This document shows positions 28,901 through 32,000 of a stretch of DNA of 32,000 bases, one piece after another. A program made the position numbers and the translations under genes. The notes under the pieces were generated by a model that did no database searches, was not told the origin of the DNA, and saw only the letters and a list, made by a program, of their open reading frames with translations. Numbering within the stretch: position 1 is the stretch's first letter; every line of letters starts with the position of its first letter. Source of the stretch: Bacillus subtilis subsp. subtilis str. 168 (lineage in GTDB: Bacteria; Bacillota; Bacilli; Bacillales; Bacillaceae). Location of the stretch: the NCBI RefSeq assembly GCF_000009045.1, contig NC_000964.3, positions 1,560,001 to 1,592,000 on the forward strand. The letters run 5' to 3'.

Positions 28901-30256
28901 GTGGAAAATGATCAATTTTTACAGAAACAGCATTTTTTAATCCTTGGGCTTGCGAAAAGCGGATATGCGGCGGCCTCCATTCTTCATGAAAAAGGCATTT
29001 ATGTTGCAGTCAATGATCAAAAGCCTTTTGAAGAAAATGAACCGGCACAAAAGCTTTCTGAAAAAGGAATCGAAGTTGTTTGCGGAGAGCATCCAGTTTC
29101 TCTGTTCGATCAGCATCAAATCACGATTCTGATCAAAAACCCGGGAATTCCTTATGAAAATATCATGGTTCAGGAAGCAGAGAAACGAGGTATTCCGGTT
29201 TGGACGGAAATTGAGCTCGCTTACTACCTGACCAGCGCCAAGTTTATCGGGATTACCGGATCGAACGGTAAAACGACCACGACAACGCTAATTTACGAAA
29301 TGCTCAAGGCTGACTCGCAAAAAGCACTGATTGCCGGAAACATCGGCACAGTCGCAAGTGAGGTTGCCTATCATGCTGATGGAGATGAATGGATCGTTAC
29401 CGAACTGTCTTCGTTTCAGCTGATGGGAACACACGCTTTCAGACCGGAAATCAGCCTGATTTTAAATGTATTTGACGCCCATCTGGATTATCACCATACG
29501 CGCGAAAACTATGAAAAAGCGAAACAGAAAGTGTACCTTCATCAGACTGCTTCAGATAAAGCTATTGTCAACCAGGATGATGAAACCGTCGTGCGTCTTG
29601 CTGAAGCCGGAAAAGCCGAAATCGTCCCATTTTCAGTCAGCAAAACGCTTGAACAGGGCGCATATGTAAAAGACAGTATGATTATGTTTAACGGCGAAGC
29701 CATTCTTCCTCTGGAAGAGGTTGTACTGCCCGGTGCTCATAACCTGGAGAACATTTTAGCAGCTATTGCAGTTGTGAAAACGGCAGGAGCATCCAATGAG
29801 GCGGTTAAAAAGGTGCTGACAAGCTTTACTGGTGTGAAGCACCGCCTCCAATATGTCACAACTGTGAATGGCCGCAAATTTTATAACGACAGTAAAGCAA
29901 CAAACATTCTGGCGACAAGCAAGGCGCTTTCAGCTTTTGATAAGCCGGTCATTCTGCTTGCGGGCGGACTGGATCGCGGAAATGGTTTTGATGACTTGAA
30001 ACCTTATATGAAGCATGTCAAAGCAGTGCTTACATTTGGCCAGACGGCGCCAAAACTCGAGAAACTCGGCAATGAACTGGGAATACAACATGTCAAACGT
30101 GTCGATAATGTTGAACAAGCAGTATCTGCGGCGTTTGCGCTCTCAAATGAAGGAGATGTCATCCTGCTGTCACCCGCGTGTGCGAGCTGGGATCAATTCA
30201 AAACATTTGAAGAACGCGGTGACATGTTTATAGATGCCGTGCATATGCTTAAGTAA
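28901..30256 (+). CDS. murD: UDP-MurNAc-L-alanine:D-glutamate ligase
   Basis: [12 protein letters not shown]-loop. GTG start immediately after the mraY TAA, SD GAGGTG. 451 aa. Confidence 0.95.
30221..30249 (+). promoter_or_regulatory. candidate sigma-E type promoter for spoVE inside the murD 3' end
   Basis: GACATGTT, 13 nt spacer, CATATGCT (about 6/8 matches to each recalled sigma-E half-site). About 60 nt upstream of the spoVE start. Confidence 0.3.
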
Positions 30257-30316
30257 GGGCTTGTCTTGAAGTAAATCGGCAGCCCTAATGACTTTAAGCT
30301 TGGGGTGTCGATTGCT

Positions 30317-31417
30317 TTGACTACTAAAAAAACATCGCCTGATTTGTTATTGGTCATCATTACGTTATTATTATTAACAATCGGATTAATTATGGTGTAC
30401 AGTGCGAGTGCGGTATGGGCGGATTATAAATTTGACGACTCATTCTTTTTCGCGAAACGGCAGCTTTTGTTTGCGGGAATCGGCGTCATTGCTATGTTTT
30501 TTATCATGAATGTTGATTATTGGACTTGGAGGACATGGTCCAAATTGCTGATGGTTATCTGCTTTTTCCTTCTGGTGCTTGTTTTGATACCGGGCGTCGG
30601 AATGGTGCGGAACGGTTCAAGAAGCTGGATCGGAGTCGGAGCATTCAGCATACAGCCTTCAGAGTTTATGAAGCTTGCGATGATTGCATTCCTTGCTAAA
30701 TTTCTCTCTGAAAAACAAAAAAACATCACATCGTTCAGACGGGGGTTCGTCCCTGCACTTGGCATCGTGTTTTCAGCATTTTTGATTATCATGTGCCAGC
30801 CTGACCTCGGAACGGGGACAGTTATGGTCGGAACTTGTATTGTCATGATTTTTGTAGCCGGCGCACGGATCGCCCATTTCGTCTTTCTCGGGCTGATCGG
30901 CCTCAGCGGATTTGTCGGGCTCGTACTATCGGCTCCATATCGGATAAAGCGGATTACCTCATACTTAAATCCATGGGAAGACCCGCTCGGAAGCGGATTT
31001 CAGATCATTCAATCGCTTTATGCAGTGGGGCCCGGCGGGTTGTTCGGAATGGGGCTCGGACAAAGCAGACAGAAGTTCTTTTATCTGCCTGAGCCGCAAA
31101 CAGACTTTATTTTCGCCATCTTGTCAGAGGAGCTGGGCTTTATCGGGGGAACACTTATTTTGCTCCTCTTCAGCGTCCTGCTGTGGAGAGGAATCAGAAT
31201 TGCGCTTGGTGCGCCTGATCTGTACGGAAGCTTTGTCGCAGTCGGCATTATTTCAATGATTGCCATTCAAGTCATGATAAATATCGGCGTAGTCACGGGC
31301 CTGATTCCTGTAACAGGCATCACGCTCCCGTTTCTGAGCTACGGAGGCTCTTCATTGACTCTAATGCTGATGGCAGTTGGTGTGCTGCTGAATGTAAGCC
31401 GCTACTCGAGGTATTAA
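30317..31417 (+). CDS. spoVE: SEDS-family peptidoglycan polymerase SpoVE (sporulation paralogue of FtsW/RodA)
   Basis: QPSEFMK, PEPQTDFIFA and TGITLPFLSYGGSS motifs. I prefer TTG 30317 (366 aa, recalled). The SD GGGGTG is weak and distant. Confidence 0.9.
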   Translation: MTTKKTSPDLLLVIITLLLLTIGLIMVYSASAVWADYKFDDSFFFAKRQLLFAGIGVIAMFFIMNVDYWTWRTWSKLLMVICFFLLVLVLIPGVGMVRNGSRSWIGVGAFSIQPSEFMKLAMIAFLAKFLSEKQKNITSFRRGFVPALGIVFSAFLIIMCQPDLGTGTVMVGTCIVMIFVAGARIAHFVFLGLIGLSGFVGLVLSAPYRIKRITSYLNPWEDPLGSGFQIIQSLYAVGPGGLFGMGLGQSRQKFFYLPEPQTDFIFAILSEELGFIGGTLILLLFSVLLWRGIRIALGAPDLYGSFVAVGIISMIAIQVMINIGVVTGLIPVTGITLPFLSYGGSSLTLMLMAVGVLLNVSRYSRY

Positions 31418-31470
31418 CGAATGTATTTCCAAGCCTCCTGTCTAACATGAAGCTTGGAAACAATTGATGC

Positions 31471-31500
31471 GATAACCCTGTCCAACAAAACAGGGTTATC
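31471..31500 (+). terminator. hairpin / partial terminator between spoVE and murG
   Basis: Perfect 10-bp stem GATAACCCTG / CAGGGTTATC with a 10-nt loop. The tail GTTATGTTAT is only moderately U-rich. Confidence 0.5.
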
Positions 31501-31539
31501 GTTATGTTATAGAGAAACTTAGACTGGGGGAAAAAAGAA

Positions 31540-32000
31540 ATGCGAATTGCAATAAGCGGAGGCGGTACAGGGGGACATATTTATCCTGCTCTTGCTTTTA
31601 TTAAAGAAGTGCAAAGACGTCATCCTAATGTGGAATTTTTATATATCGGAACAGAAAACGGGCTGGAGAAAAAAATTGTTGAGCGGGAGAATATACCGTT
31701 TCGTTCAATTGAAATTACAGGATTTAAAAGAAAATTGTCATTTGAAAATGTCAAGACTGTGATGCGTTTTCTGAAGGGCGTCAAAAAGAGTAAATCGTAT
31801 TTAGCGGAATTTAAGCCCGATGCCGTAATTGGAACGGGCGGTTATGTATGTGGGCCGGTTGTCTATGCCGCTGCGAAAATGGGAATTCCGACTATTGTCC
31901 ACGAACAAAACAGCCTGCCGGGCATCACGAATAAGTTTCTTTCAAAATATGTTAATAAAGTAGCGATTTGTTTTGAAGAAGCGAAATCACATTTTCCTAG
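31540..32000 (+). CDS. murG: UDP-GlcNAc:lipid I N-acetylglucosaminyltransferase MurG, 5' part (continues beyond the window)
   Basis: ATG 31540 follows [28 protein letters not shown]-loop. Open to the window end. Absent from the ORF track because no stop lies within the window. Confidence 0.93.
   Translation, partial: MRIAISGGGTGGHIYPALAFIKEVQRRHPNVEFLYIGTENGLEKKIVERENIPFRSIEITGFKRKLSFENVKTVMRFLKGVKKSKSYLAEFKPDAVIGTGGYVCGPVVYAAAKMGIPTIVHEQNSLPGITNKFLSKYVNKVAICFEEAKSHFP

Noticed and set aside
30254-30288. Hairpin AGGGCT.../...AGCCCT immediately after the murD stop, considered as a possible terminator.
   Set aside because: The stem is only about 6-9 imperfect bp with a large loop, and it is followed by AATGACTTTAAG with no U-tract. 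It lies in the spoVE 5' UTR region.

Overview
This window appears to be core Bacillus subtilis (168-like) chromosome. I recognised it from memory of gene order and protein sequences, not from a search. It runs from the 3' end of ctaB through ctaCDEFG (caa3 cytochrome c oxidase and its assembly factor), then the ylbA-ylbQ block (ylbA-G, rsmD-coaD, ylbJ, ylbK-ylbL/ddcP, ylbM/tmcAL, ylbN-rpmF, gerR, ylbP, panE) and bshC. It ends in the first part of the dcw division/cell-wall cluster (mraZ, rsmH, ftsL, pbpB, spoVD, murE, mraY, murD, spoVE, 5' end of murG).

I call 33 complete and 2 partial CDSs. For 18 of them the longest-ORF start in the supplied track is too far upstream. I moved those starts to the codon with a properly spaced Shine-Dalgarno; 12 genes use TTG or GTG. 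Most transcription units end in clear intrinsic terminators.

I found no tRNA, rRNA, CRISPR array, IS or phage remnant, and no obvious compositional island. I do not see evidence for a new multi-gene system such as a defence island.

The items most worth a second look are small-scale:
- The roughly 320-nt structured leader upstream of rsmD (the orphan ylbH-leader region). It has a polypurine tract of repeated SD-like motifs, mutually exclusive pairings, a 20-codon ORF with an ideal SD, and a strong hairpin whose U-tract faces the opposite strand.
- Three 10-bp-phased GTGG(A/T)G boxes upstream of mraZ.
- A 32-codon ORF that fills the murE-mraY spacer and overlaps the mraY start.
- The translationally coupled patatin/Lon-PDZ pair ylbK-ylbL.

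All hairpin and motif coordinates were derived by hand from the sequence. Gene identities and protein lengths are recalled and should be confirmed by BLAST.
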